Positions 21,367 through 40,319 of a DNA stretch of 64,000 nucleotides are shown here, piece after piece. A model generated the notes under the pieces. The model was not told where the DNA came from. It saw only the letters and a program-made list of their open reading frames with translations, and ran no database searches. The position numbers and the translations under genes are program-made. Numbering within the stretch: the stretch's first letter is position 1; each line of letters begins with the position of its first letter. Origin of the DNA: the human T2T-CHM13v2.0 reference genome, Homo sapiens; assembly GCF_009914755.1 (NCBI RefSeq), contig NC_060930.1; one strand, written 5' to 3'.

Positions 21367-21368
<2 letters not shown>
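21269..21368. repeat. 50-bp tandem duplication
   Basis: Two copies with one mismatch. Confidence 0.95.
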
Positions 21369-23125
<1,757 letters not shown>

Positions 23126-23239
23126 AATGAACATTCTTATACATGTCTCCCTCTTCATGTAACTATTAGTTTCTCTAGGGAATGTAGGTAAAAACAGAAT
23201 TGCTAGCCACAGGTATAGATCTTGTATATTGCCAAATGC

Positions 23240-25780
23240 ATCTCTGTAGTGAGCTCAGATTCAGCATCAGACAGACCCTCCCCCACCCCAAAATAATGCA
23301 GCAAATACAATAACAGTCTATTTCTCATTCACCTAAAAACCTAGAGCAGCATGTGCTGAGACCCTCATAGTGAGTTGAATGAACACCAGGTAACTTGTAG
23401 AATGGGTTGAGGGGAGGGGTACTCTGCTCTACACAGCTATTCAGGTAACCAGGCTGTAAGGGATGCTGCCATTTTTAACATGTGACTTTCAAGTTTCCTT
23501 TGGCATGGCCATTCCAGGCAGTCAGAAGGGGGAAAGGACATGGAGAAACACATCATTTTTAATCCCATTCCACTGGTAACATTCTGTTAGATAACCACAC
23601 CCAACTGCAAGGGAACCTGGGAAAGACAGTCTAGCTGCGCGCCCTAGAAAAAGAAGAAAATGAATTTGATAAAAAATAAGCAGTCTCTGCCTCACTGTCC
23701 AAAGTATTGAGAGTCATTTATATTTCTAGCAGTGTACAAGAATTTCTATTTCTCTACACTTTTACCAACACATAATATGAATTTTCAATTTTTCTCAAGC
23801 CAGTAGGTATAAAAGAGCCTAGCATTGTGCCTTTCATTTGTATTCCTCTGATTCATAGCAAGGTTGAACATCTTTACATATTTTTCTTTGCCATCCGTTT
23901 TTTCCTCTCCTGTTTAAATCAATTGCTTTGTTTTTCCTTTTTGCTTTGCCTTATTTATCTAGTGGCAGTTCTTCGTAAATTCTATTATAGGTATTTTGCT
24001 ATATGAATTGCAAAATTCTTCCAATTTGTGCATGTCCTTTTACTTTGTTTATGGTGTCTTTTGTCATACAAAATTTCAAATGTTATTATATGCAAAAATG
24101 TTATTATATGCAAATTTATCAGTTTTCCTTTATGAGTTGTGGTCTTTGTGCCTTATTAAAGAAATCTGTCCTGGCCCAGGTATAATGAAGACATTTTCCT
24201 GTGTTTTCTTATGTTTTATAGTTTTGTTTTTCATGTTTAGTGTCTATTTTACCTTAATTTTTTGGTGGGTGGCAAAATTTTCCTTCTTACCCCATATGGA
24301 GAATCATTTGTTCCAGCGTCATTTATTGAATAGTTTACCATTTCCCAACTGATTTATAAATAGATAAAAATTCTGCCTTAAATAAAAAAATCCATATATG
24401 CATGGGTCTGTTTCTAGACTTGTATTTCGTTTTAATGGTCTATTTGATGATCTGTTTAATTGTAAAAAGAGCGTGTTTTAATTATTATAGATTTATTATA
24501 AGCTTGATATCTGGTAAAGATAATGCTTCCTATTCTTCAAAATTGTCCTGGCTCTTCTTGGCCTTTTCCATTTGAGTTTTGCATGGGTTTTTCAAATTTA
24601 ATGAAGATCCTTTGGATGTATGACAGGAATTGCACTAACGTCATAGATTAATTTGGAAGAGTTGCCATCTTCATGATGAGATCTCAGAATTCATTCAAAC
24701 ATCTTTTTAATGATTCCAGAGTATCTTTTTATTGTGATATGGGGTTACAATTTTAAGCTATGTATGTATTTGTCGATGCCCATATAACTGTACAACACAA
24801 AATAAGGACCATAAACTATGGACTTTAGTTAATAATAATATATTGTTATTGGTTTATTAATTATAACACACCCATTAATGCAAGATTTTAATTATAAGGG
24901 AAACTATAAGCTAAAGAGTAAGGAGTTATATGGGAGTTCTCTTACTATCGGCTTAATTTTCCACAAACCTAAAACTGCTATAAAAAATAAATTAATTAAT
25001 TAAAAAAAACTCTTAAGCTATGGTGTCCAATTCCTACTAGTTGTGAGACTCAGGGCCACGTTTTGTTGGGGGATTTTCTGTAATTTTCTTTTATTTATTT
25101 TCCTTATCTGTATCATATACTTATCTGTACCATGATACTTATGATGGTACTTACCTCAAAAGGTTGTGTGAGGATTATATGATACATGAAAAATGTTTAA
25201 CGTGGTGATTGGCATATTGGCAAACTTCAGTGGTAGCTACAGTAACAACTCAGGCTCCATCACTTCTCTCTCTCTCTCTCTTTTTTGAGACAAGGTCTTG
25301 CTCTGTCACCTAGGCTTCAGTGCAGTGGTGCAATCATAGTGCACCAATCTCTAACTTCTGGCCTCAAGTGGTCATCCTGCCTCAGCCTCCCAAGTAGCCG
25401 GGACTACAGGCTTGTGTTACCACACATGGCTAATTTCTAAATTTTTTGTAGAGACAGGGGTCTTGCTATGTTGTCCAGGCTTATCTTTAATACCTGGTCT
25501 CAACAATGCTCCCACCTCAGCCTCCCAAAGCACTGGCATTACAGGTGTGAGCCACCGTGTTCCGCCTGGAACCTCTCTCTTCTGATAGACTAACATTCCA
25601 GCTTTAGATTTCCCTTCTGATTTAGTCCTTAGCTGCTTAATCCATTCATTCATTGTAAAAATATTTATTCTGTCTCAGATATTGTGCAAGCCACTTTAGA
25701 TACAAAAATATGTAAGTTTTCTTGACTCAAATAATTTATAGTCTGTTGGAAGAGACAGAGAGTTAGAAAATAATAGTGTG
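23240..25780. mobile_element. Old repeat mosaic: MLT1-like, L1ME(-), L1MC 3' end(+), MIR, AluJ (25281-25569), L2 end
   Basis: Degenerate family motifs; boundaries approximate. Confidence 0.55.
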
Positions 25781-25812
25781 ATGCTATGGTGCCATGAAAA
25801 GAAATGCCTGAC

Positions 25813-26546
25813 CTTCATTCCATGTTTGGCTGCAAGGATGGTTGCAACAAGCATTCAACATTTTCAAGGATTTTCCCAACCTCTAAGTCAAGCTGGACTT
25901 GGGACACAACCTTCCTTGGTTTGACTAAAGAGCCATTGACCAAACCTAGGTTCTGAAAGAACGATGAGTTCTGAAAGGTCTGAGGCCCCATTAACTCTAC
26001 CTAGACCCATCACCATTAGCAATTGGTGTTCTGGGTTGATTGGCCGCTTTGCTGTCAAGTAAAATGTACTGTTAGTATTAATAGCGGCATGTATTATACC
26101 ACTCTTGAAAGTAACAAACCCTTCCATGACTCTTAGAAGCCAAGCCTTGCCTATCACACTGCTTCTGTTTCCCTAATCAGGCCACTCATTTCACATAAAT
26201 GTGTTGCCACCAACACCCAGCAACATTGCCCAGAACACCAACTGCTCCACCTTTCAGAGTCACCTGAATCCTTTGTGCCAGTTTGTATAAAATCTCCACA
26301 ATTTCCTTACTTGGCCCCTGCTGTGTCCTGAATGCTTATGAGCCGGGAGATCAGAAAACTTCTTCCAAAAGACAATGACTCTTGAACAAAGCCAAAGTAT
26401 GATCCAATGCCAAGAATTTATAAAGTCTTCGAAAAGATCTCTGATTCTCATGATCCTCTGGAAAGTTTTGCTTTGTGGTTTTCATTCTTTTTGAGTATTA
26501 TGGCATACAATGACTTCTCGCTTGTGAAGGAAAGTTAGCTTCCATT
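25813..26546 (-). pseudogene. Candidate large decayed exon
   Basis: CTAAC branch point, pyrimidine tract and CAG; 119 codons with 3 stops, then an 89-codon open frame after a shift. Confidence 0.5.
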
Positions 26547-26683
26547 CTGACCATATATGAGAAGAAATTAAATTGGTTAGTGGCTCAGTGGTTATTTGTC
26601 CATAATCATATTATTTGTATTTTTACAGGCTGAACTAAGCTTTTTTCTAAAATTTTAAAAAATTTATTTATTCTTTTTTTTAA

Positions 26684-27049
<366 letters not shown>

Positions 27050-27108
27050 TGAATAATAAGCATAAATTAAACATTAGCTATTTATTGTTTTAAAGTTAAT
27101 AGCCATAA

Positions 27109-28119
27109 AGGGGCTCAAACAACTCTATAATCCAATTAAAAATGGGCAAAAGGTTTGAATAGACATTTTTTCAATAGAAGACATAAGACAAGATGCTCAA
27201 CATCATTGATCATCAGAGAAGTGCAAATCGAAACTACAATGAGATGTCATCTCACCCTCATAACTAATCTCACCCCCAGTTATTGCCTGTCTTTTGGATA
27301 TAAGCTAAGAAAAAAGGGAACTCTCATACTGTTGATGGGAATGTAAATTAGGGTAACCACTATGGAGAACAATTTGGAGCTTCCTCAAAAAACTAAAAAT
27401 AGAAGTACTGTACAGCAATCCCACTGGTGCATATATACTCCAAAGAAAGAGAATAAGTATGTTGCAGAGATATCTGCACTCCCATGTTTATTGCAGCACT
27501 GTTCACAATAGCTAAGATTTGGAAGCAATGTGAGTGTTCATCAACAGATAAATGAATAAAGAAAATGTCATACTTATATACAATGGAGTACTATTTAGCC
27601 ATAAAAAATAATGAGATTCAGTCATTTGCAATAACATGGATGGAACTGGGGGTCATTATGTTAAGTTAAATAAGCTAGGCACAGAAAGACAAACATTGCA
27701 TGTTCTACTTGTTTGTGGGATCTAAAAATCAAAACAATTGAACCCTTGGAGATAGACAGTAGAAGGATGGCTACCAGAAGCTGGGAAGGGTAATGGGAGA
27801 GTGAGAGGGAGGTGGGGATAGTTAATGGATACAAAAAATAGTTAGAAAGAATGAATAAGGCCTAGTATTTGATAGCACAACAGGGTGACTATAGTCCATA
27901 ATAATTTAATTGTACATTTAAAAATAACTAAAAGGGTCTAATTGGATTATTTGTAACACAAAGGATAAATGCTTGAGGAGATGGATATCCATTTTCCATG
28001 ATGTGATTATTACACATTGCATGCCTATATCAAAACATCTAATATATCCCATAAATATATATACCTACTATGTACCCAAAAACATTAAAAATAAAGTTAA
28101 AAACTAGACAAAATAAAAT
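27109..28119 (+). mobile_element. 5'-truncated L1MA (about MA2-3)
   Basis: L1 ORF2 end and L1MA 3' UTR; perfect 16-bp TSD AAGTTAATAGCCATAA (27093-27108, 28120-28135). Confidence 0.9.
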
Positions 28120-28166
28120 AAGTTAATAGCCATAATGCACTAAGTTTTCCTTACCTTATATGTTAA

Positions 28167-28952
<786 letters not shown>

Positions 28953-30654
28953 CTAGAAATGATGGTTTTTGTTCCAAGATAGTGCTAAAACTACTTTGAT
29001 TGTTGAGATCTTAGCAGCAGGTAGCACAACAGTTCATTTACACATTAATCATTTTTAAACCTGACATTTGGTTTCTTGTAATGTTATGACTACTAAGCAG
29101 AAGCTAATTACTCTAGAGCACATTATGAGTTCTGAATGCCTTTTTTTTCCCTCTGTAAAGAATGTTCAATCATGTCTCCTGCCTGTTCTTGTTCGCTGGA
29201 TTTCAGTATTACCCACAATGCTTCTTTAAAATAACCCTTGGTTTCTTAGGAAGTTAACATAGAAAGCAATCAATTACAACTATGTGCATATACAACAGAA
29301 ATAAATCTGATCCTAAGTAAAGCTAATATTTGCCAATGTTTCCACTGATAAGGAAGCCAGGTCATAGAATCTGAATATAGAACAAATTTTCTCTTTATTG
29401 AGTGCTTTCAACAGAGGCCAAAGTAAGCATTTTCTGAGGTTCAAGTATTTTATATGTATGCATATATACAAAAATACACACATACGTATATATAAAATGT
29501 AATATAAATATATGTGTATTTATATATGTGTATTGTATATATAAATCATGTATATATAAATTTAGTATAAAAGTAAATATATTTTTATGGAAATAAATGT
29601 TGTACTCACATTGTAATCAGGAGAGTGGTTCATATATTGTGTTTGTCTTCAGAAACAAATAAAAACCCAACACATGAACACAATTTTGCTGACTTAACAT
29701 TTTTTGCAAATGTTGTTTAAAGGTTTCTACTTTCATGATGCACTATTTTCAAATACAATTTTAAAAAGCTGTTGTGAATGCTTACTTATTTTGGACTCAT
29801 AAAAAGTTCTCTGCCCAAAATATTAGGGTTAAGCGCATGAAGCATAAAATGACTTCAGCTTAGTAAATCTTTTGTCCTATTGTATAGGTAGTTCATTACT
29901 TTTTAAAACTGTGAATTTTCTCTGTGCTATCACTAAATTCAATTCTAGAATAAAAAATGTAAGGAGAACTAGGTAAAGAATCACCTTCGTTGGAATTTGA
30001 GCAGCTATTTGCTGTTGTACTCTGTTAGAGTATTTATTAGTCATCTTACATTAATTTATAAAAATTTGGTCTTACAAGCTTCTACTTAAAATTAAACAGA
30101 CTCACAATGAATGAAAACCATGACATAATGAATAACAAAATGAAGGCTTATTTTAGTGAAGGGATTCTTCCTTAGTATTTTTTGGCATTTGGGGGAACAT
30201 TTTATTACATTTATTGAAAAAGAAGAAAAGGGGAAAAGAAAGAAAAGCAGTCTATATAAAACAAAGTAACACTACTAGAAAAATGAATAAGACATGAATC
30301 TAATGCTGTTGGAACTCATTGTCTAGTGAGAGATATAGTTAACCCTTCACAATAAAAAGTGATGAATGTGTTTTTCACTGTTATGGGAACCATAGACCTA
30401 GAGCCCAACCTCCAGAGAAAGTTCAGGAGAACACACTTCTGATGTCAATATTTTGGAAACTCTGGGTGAACAGGGGCAGATCATTTTAACATACCTCATC
30501 TGTGTTTGAATTTCTAAGACATAAGACTGATGAACATTTGGGTTCCACTCAGCATTTTCCTATTAAATGCACACTTCCCAAAATCTTTTCATGTCCACTA
30601 AAACTAGTACTAGATCTGATTGAATTCAATGTTTAAATGTGTTAAAGATGAGTC

Positions 30655-30839
30655 TTTTTTTTTTTACTATAAATATACTTTAGTTATTTTTGTTTACAAC
30701 TGAAACTCTGGGAATTCAAAATTAACATCCTTTCCAATGAGCTTCTTATAGATACCAGAAAAAGTTGCAACCTTGTATTCCACATTGTCCTGCTGTGCTT
30801 TGTCCAATGAACCTTTATGAGCTGGCTGCCATCCAGTTT
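30655..30839 (-). pseudogene. RPS7: 5'-truncated RPS7 processed pseudogene fragment
   Basis: [11 protein letters not shown] / [37 protein letters not shown] matches the RPS7 C-terminus with a 1-nt deletion; short 3' UTR and A11 tail. Confidence 0.9.
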
Positions 30840-30944
30840 CTCTCCCCTCCCTGTCCTTACCATCCCACCTTTTTCTCTTCACTCTCTGGCTCAGGCTCTC
30901 TCTGTATCTGATTAACAAGGAACCCAAGCTACAGAGGGACAAGG

Positions 30945-30945
<1 letters not shown>

Positions 30946-30983
<38 letters not shown>

Positions 30984-31016
30984 CGCGCGTGCGTGTGTGT
31001 GTGTGTGTGTGTGTGT
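30946..31016. repeat. (TG)n(CG)7(TG)n compound microsatellite
   Basis: 71 bp of uninterrupted purine-pyrimidine alternation. Confidence 0.97.
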
Positions 31017-32194
31017 TGGTGGGAATGGAGAGATAAGGGAGGGGCACTGGGGGAGTACTGCAGCCTCTCAGACCCTGCCCACAATGCAGAAGTTGAAAAA
31101 TCAGCCACCTGGTTCAGTCTCAAGAGTCAAAATCACCAAACCACACAAACCTTCTAATACTGAACATTGAATCTAGTGTGCAATTTTGCTAAAAGATATT
31201 GTATTTTTTTCCTCTATCATATTCTCCTTGTATTATTCTGGCATCGGGTAGGCTGAGTGCCCAGCAGAGGTATGGGTAACTGTCCTATTCCAGAAAGAAT
31301 TGGTAAAGGTAGTTCTCTTAACAAAAATATATGGCTACTTTTACATACGATTAGTTCAGTAGCAACATCACATGATGTTTCCTTATCTTCTGACCTATAT
31401 TTATCAACCCCAGTGACGGGCCTACAACTTAGTTTGCATCCGCCTGTCACTGAGAACATGATACAATTAAAAATTGCTCAATTTTTTATAATTTCCCTGG
31501 AGCGTTTCTCCCTTACTTTTGTTACCATATCACATTTTTATCACATGATGTTACTTATAAATTTCTATCATATACTAAAGGTATTTATATGCACCCTTTG
31601 TATTATCTGCTAAACTGTAAACTAAGAGCAAGTTGCATGTCCAATTTTTTTATAAGCTCAGCATTTAACATGTGATATACATTAAGAACACATAGATGCC
31701 CAATAAATATTGGTTAAATAAGAGAATGAATAAATTAACATTCTCTTCCTTTCTATAATCCCATGATGACTCTGCTTTTGGTTGCTCTTTAATTTGGCAT
31801 CATTAACTCTTCAGTATTTCTACTGTATGCTCTCACTGTAACACTTTCATCATCTTTACTCTCCCAGGCCATGGGATTTTTCTTCACTACATTACTTTAG
31901 TAAGCATTGTGCTAAGATGACACAAACATTTTAACAGCTTTGTAAGATGTTTCTAATGTCACCTTTTATGAACACCAAATGAATTGTATACAGACACATG
32001 GCAGATGAGGCACTTTTAACCAAAATGAGCTGAAGACACTTTTTGTATTTTGGTAGTATTATCTGCAATCTCCCCAAGTATGAATGTACTAATATCTAAA
32101 ATCAAGAGGAAGCTATCTTGAGAGATGTTTCATTATGTGTGAGTGAGTAAGATGTTTGGAAGGAGGTGATCAGTTTAATTTTAATTGTAATTTT

Positions 32195-33439
<1,245 letters not shown>

Positions 33440-33657
33440 TGACTCAGTTTTACTGTCTCTCAAGTGGACAAAAGTCTTTGAATACTTAGAGTGATTATTG
33501 TGAGGATTAAATGACTTAATGTATGTAAAATGCTTAGAACTGTGCCTGGCACATAGTAAATACTGTGTAAGTAATTACAGTCACTACTCTTGCTTTTCTT
33601 TTAATGGCTACATTGATAAATTCACATATTCTTAAACATTAGTATCTTACTCAGTTT

Positions 33658-34327
<670 letters not shown>

Positions 34328-34449
34328 TCTTATTCAGTTTAACTAGAACATATTGGCTCCCTGTTTTGTAAGCTACTCTTGCATTATCCTTCATCTCTCC
34401 TCCTGACCTTGCACCTCCCAATTGATAAGAAGTAAGTAATTAATGTAAC

Positions 34450-36400
34450 TAAATGAAATCATTTAATTCAGTCATTTATTCAGTTCTGTGACAAAAATTA
34501 AGATTTCTTTGTTTTGTGTAGAAAAGTTTTGAAACTTGAAAGCCCCTCAAAAGATAGCATTTACATTTTTATGACGTTAATATTGTTTACTACAGAGTAA
34601 AGCAGAATAAGGTTATACTTTGCTGTAAGTCCAACATTTTTTCCCTGTACCAATCAAAAAATAATGTTCCAAACATCAAGATAAAATATTTCCTCTTCTT
34701 ACATTCAATTGCCTATTCAATCATTCCATATTTTAGTTTGCCTTATATTTAACTCATCAGTTTTTTTTATTTACAACAGTATTAGTTGTTTATACAAGTT
34801 CCTACTTTATACGATTTTTTGTTTAGGCAGCTTTTCAGTAACATTTCTATTACAAGTTATTCATGAAGCGTCCCAGGAGAAAGTTGAGAAGCTTCAAAGA
34901 GCCACATGCAAGGGACAGGTGACAGAAGGGCAAAGGGGGAATAGCAATCACTCCGTAAACCACCATTTCTTATAAAACCTTTATTGCTTAGTGGTACTTC
35001 TGATTGCTTTTCTTTCGCCTCGCTGACAAAAGAAACCCTTTACTCTATGTGAAGATTATCCAGCCTGTAGAAATTACTATCTGTTGCAGGACTGTTCCAG
35101 GATCCCTCTAATTTCCTGCTTCCATCTGGACAAACTTTGTCCTAATTTTCCCCTGGCTTAGCTTCATTGTTTCCATACTTTCCTCTTTTTCACATTTATT
35201 CATTGTTCTGCTAAACTATATATTCAAATAGTATCCTCAAAAAAGATGATTGGGAGATCAACTTTCTGAATTCTTGCATGTCTAAAAATGTATTTGTACT
35301 CAACAATTGTCTGATAATTTGGGCATAAAATATGAAGTCCAAAATCACTTATTTGAGAAGTTTATAAACACTTTTCATCATTATCTTCTCATATCCAGTG
35401 TCGCTATTTAGAAATTGACAGTTGGATACTCCTTACTCTGTAAGTGAACCTGGATTTTCTTTCTGGAAGCTTTTACAATTTTATCTTTTTCCTTGGTAAT
35501 CTGAAATATAATGAAGATGTGGGAACGTAATATTTTATTTTAGTTTTCATATAGCCTACTTGACTCTTTATAGGTATTTTTAGTTTAAAAACTTATTTGT
35601 TTTCAGTCCTAAGAATTTTCTTCCTTTAATAATTCCCTCTCTTCTATTTCTTCAATTCTTTTTTTCTGAAATACACCTTAGATCAAGTGTTGGAGTTCCT
35701 AGATTAAGCCTCTATATATCACCTTTTCTTTCATGCTTCCCATCTTCATTTTTGCTCTTCATTCTGGAGACTTCCTTGCAGCACTTCTATTGATTTTTTG
35801 TTTGTTTGTTTTTTGACACGGTGTCTCACTCTGTTGCCCAGGCTGGAATGCAGTGGAATGATCTCGGCTCACTGCAACCTCCGCCTCCTGGGTTCAAGCG
35901 ATTCTCCTGTCTCAGCCACCACGCCCGACTAATTTTTGTATTTTTAGTAGAGACAGGTTTTCACCATGTCGGCCAGGCTGCTCTCGAACTCCTGACCCCA
36001 AATGATCCTCCTGCCTCAGCCTCCCAAAGTGCTAGGATTGCAGGCGTGGGCCACCACACCTAGCTCTATTGATTTTTTTTTTAACATTTGTTTTTGGTTT
36101 CTAAAAGCTTTTTTGTGTTTCCTAATGGTTCATTTTTCATAGTTTTTAGCATAGGTTTTTTCGAGCAGAGTATCTAGCATAGTAATGTGGATACAATATG
36201 ACTTCTAACTCTTCAGAGGATACTAATAAGAATTTGTGTTATCAATGTTGTAAGTTCTCTTTCTCAAATTGGCTCTGTTTATGCCCATTTTTGGTTTGTT
36301 CATCCTGGTCTTTTACATTAAAATTGTTAATTTTCTTCCTATTTCTGGGGATATATATATTTGTCCATTTATACTTACAAAATAAAAGATAGGCTAGTCA
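34450..36400 (-). mobile_element. Old L1ME-type fragments with Alu 35793-36064
   Basis: T-rich degenerate antisense L1; Alu consensus. Confidence 0.5.
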
Positions 36401-36551
36401 GTATCAATGCTGGCATGAGTTTCTCCAGCTGTGTGTTGTTTCTCCAGCAAGTCTCTTCCCTAGCTAGCAGCAGTATGTGTGTAGATGAGTGAGGGGTATT
36501 TCTTGGCCAACTTTATTTACTTGGTCTTTTTAGGTAGAAAGCAAGAGGACA

Positions 36552-37258
<707 letters not shown>

Positions 37259-39658
37259 AGAAGCTCATGTTTTATGTTATTTTGTCAATAAACTACCATA
37301 CATATTCCAACTTCCAGAAATTCATTGAAAACTCTGGTTAACTAATCAGCCACTTCCCATTTTACTTACTGCTATGGGGTTATTTCCTTCGTATTTCTTT
37401 ACTATCGTTTCAATGATGTTGATGAATAGAGGAGCATTAAGTAAGTATACTCAGCTTCCTTTATTCATTTCACAAATATTTATTGAGTTCATATCAGGTC
37501 AATATTAACATGAGATTGGCTTGGTGCGTTTGCAGATTTTCTCACTCTAGAAGGCCATTTTTCTTCAGTAAGACATGAAGGACCCTAAAGCCTACCCCAC
37601 AACCACAGCTCCACTGACAGAAAACTAGATGGAGCTGATTGACTGTATGCCAAGCCAGCAGCTAGACTCCTTCTCCCTTCCACTCTTAGGCTTTTTAAAC
37701 TTTCTCTCACCTTGCTTGCCCTTCCTTTCCAGTCTGGCTCCCTTAAGAGTATGGAATAAATTCTTAAGAGTATGGAATAAATGACAAGACATTAGAGAAT
37801 TATTAGGTCACATTTGAAGGAAAAAAAAGAACCTAGAGAGTTATTCTAACAAGAAAGCTGTTTTTGGCCAACAGCATTTTCCCATTTTAAGTATAGGAGT
37901 CGAATGTGGAATCTTTATGGAGTAACAAGGAAGATAAATCAACCAAGGTCTGGAACAAAGGTTTGGCGGGGAGCTCCAAAGAATCCTCCCTGCAATAAAT
38001 GGGAGCTATTCTTTCAAACTGTGGATGACCTGGAAATGGAAGAGCCTATGTAGAATCACAGCCCAGTTGAATCTACTGGAATATCCAGAGAAACTCAAGA
38101 CTTGAATTTGGTTTACAATTGTCCGGACTTATAACAGCCCCAGACATGAGTACTAAGTCTTTCTGGAGGAGAGTATCTTCAAAACATTTCAATTTCAATC
38201 ACAATGCCCAGCAAACAGACAATCAAGCCTCCCACCCCCAAATTAGTCTCCATGAGCAAAAGGCAGGCCCTCAGAGACTTTAGATGTAGGGATTACCAAA
38301 TGCAGAGTCTAAGAACACTATGCTGACCGTTTAAAGAAATAAAAGACGAGACTGAAGATATCTGCAGAAAATAGATTATGAAATGATACCTGAGGGTAAG
38401 TGTGAAGGATGGATTAGTCTTTCAATCTTGAGAATGTAGCAGGAGAGGAGGTGTACCCCTCATGGGCTTGGAAAATGATATTATAATTAATAAAAAGAAC
38501 TGACAGAATCTGAATATTTACTGTATACCAACTGTTTAGTCTGCTAAACCTGCCATAACAAAATATCACCGTGGCTTAATGTAAGAGTTAGCAAAACAAA
38601 TTGTTTTTCCTATTTTTACACACTCAACACAACATAGAAAACTGATACCATATGTAGGAGGATTTTCCCTCACACACAAAGGACTTCCTCAGTGGACACC
38701 AATTAGGCATCCTATAATCCAATTAATTCAATTCAAACACTATCTACTTGAGTTAGAGTTAGACCCCACAGTTTTTGTTTGTTTGTTTGTTTGTTTTTTT
38801 GAGACAATCTCTCTCTGTTACTCAGGCTGGAGGGCAGGGGTCGACCTCGGCTCACTGGAACCTCCGCCTCCCAGGTTCAAGCAATTCTCATGCCTCAGCC
38901 TCATGAGTAGCTGGGACCACAGGCATGCACCACCATGCCCAGCTAATTTTTTTAGATCCCACAGATTAAGAACTCAGTCCCACGAGACTGGCTTCACTTG
39001 AGGCATCAATTGCAAGTCCCAGGTTGTGACTTGTACTTCTGACCAACCAACTATAAACTGGGATTCCCATGACCAACTCCTCTTGTTCAATAATTTGCTA
39101 CGACACTCAAAGAATTCAGGGAAACACTTTATGTTTACTCATTATAAGGATATCACAAAGAATACAGGTGAACAGCCAGATAGAAGAGATGCACAGGGAG
39201 GGAGAGGTATGGGGGGGCTTTCATACCCTCTCCAGGCACACCATCTTCCAAGCACCTCCACATGTTCAGCAACCTAGAAGCTGTCTGAATCCTGTCTTTT
39301 TAGGTTTTTATGGAGGTTTCATTACATAGGTATGACTGAATACAACACTGGCTATTGGTGATCAACTCAACCTTCAGCCCCTCTCTCCTCCCCAGAAATT
39401 GGGAATGACACTGAAAGTTTCAATCTTCTGGTCATACGATTGCTTCCCTTGGGAATAAGCTCCTATCCTGAGGCTACTCAGGAGCCCACCAAAAGTCACC
39501 TCATTAGAACAAAAGATCCTCCTATAACCCAGGAAATATCAAGATATTTAGGAGGTCTGTGTCAGGAATCAGGATCAAAGACCAAATGCCAAAAGTGAAG
39601 ATTCTCCTAGCACCCCTATCTACAAGGGTTTTAGTGGCTTAAAGTCAGGAACTGGGGC

Positions 39659-39870
39659 ATATATATATACACACACACATATATATACACATATATATAC
39701 ACACACATATATATACACATATATATACATATATACACATATATACACATATACACATATATAAATACACGTATATATATATAAATACACATATATACAC
39801 ATATATGTATACACGTATATATATATATATACACACACGTGTATATACGTGTGTATATATATATATATAC
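39659..39870. repeat. (TA)/(CA) compound microsatellite
   Basis: About 210 bp, almost entirely alternating purine-pyrimidine. Confidence 0.95.
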
Positions 39871-39899
39871 CCAATGTAACTGTATTTGGAGATAGGGCT

Positions 39900-40319
39900 T
39901 TTTGGAATTGTTTTTTGATGTTCTCATACAAACTATTCAAGCAAGATGGAATATCTGCTATTACATATATAAAAGGCTACTGGAACAAAATACTTTTTAC
40001 CATACTTGGCAGATGATAATGCTAGCCTGGCAGGACTTACTAACAATGAGTGATTACCTGCAAAAGATGTTAATTGGCTGCTTAAGGAGAAACCAAATTG
40101 ATGTGTCCTGAGAGGGCAAGCATTTCTCATATGGAACCTAGCATTAAGATCCTCCTGTTATTTAAATTCAAGGGAGATTTTGGAAATCATAAGCACGTAA
40201 TGAAAACTGAGAAGGAGATTAAAATATTGGAAGTGATTTTTTTTTCTTAAAACCAAATCTGTGTTCCTCTGCCACATTTTTAGATCCAAAGCTTAAAACA
40301 TTAAATGTGTTTGTATAAA
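39900..40319 (+). repeat. Local duplicate of 43593-44323 lacking its AluY
   Basis: Colinear, highly similar unique sequence. Confidence 0.95.

Noticed and set aside
30694-31170. ORFs joining HT/VC repeats to the RPS7 C-terminus
   Set aside because: Chance read-through of a microsatellite into the pseudogene.
29050-31460. Further minus-strand exon-like pieces near 29.2, 29.4 and 31.4 kb
   Set aside because: Acceptor-like sites exist but frames are short or ambiguous; not supportable individually.
39620-39940. YI/VC-rich ORFs
   Set aside because: Microsatellite translation.
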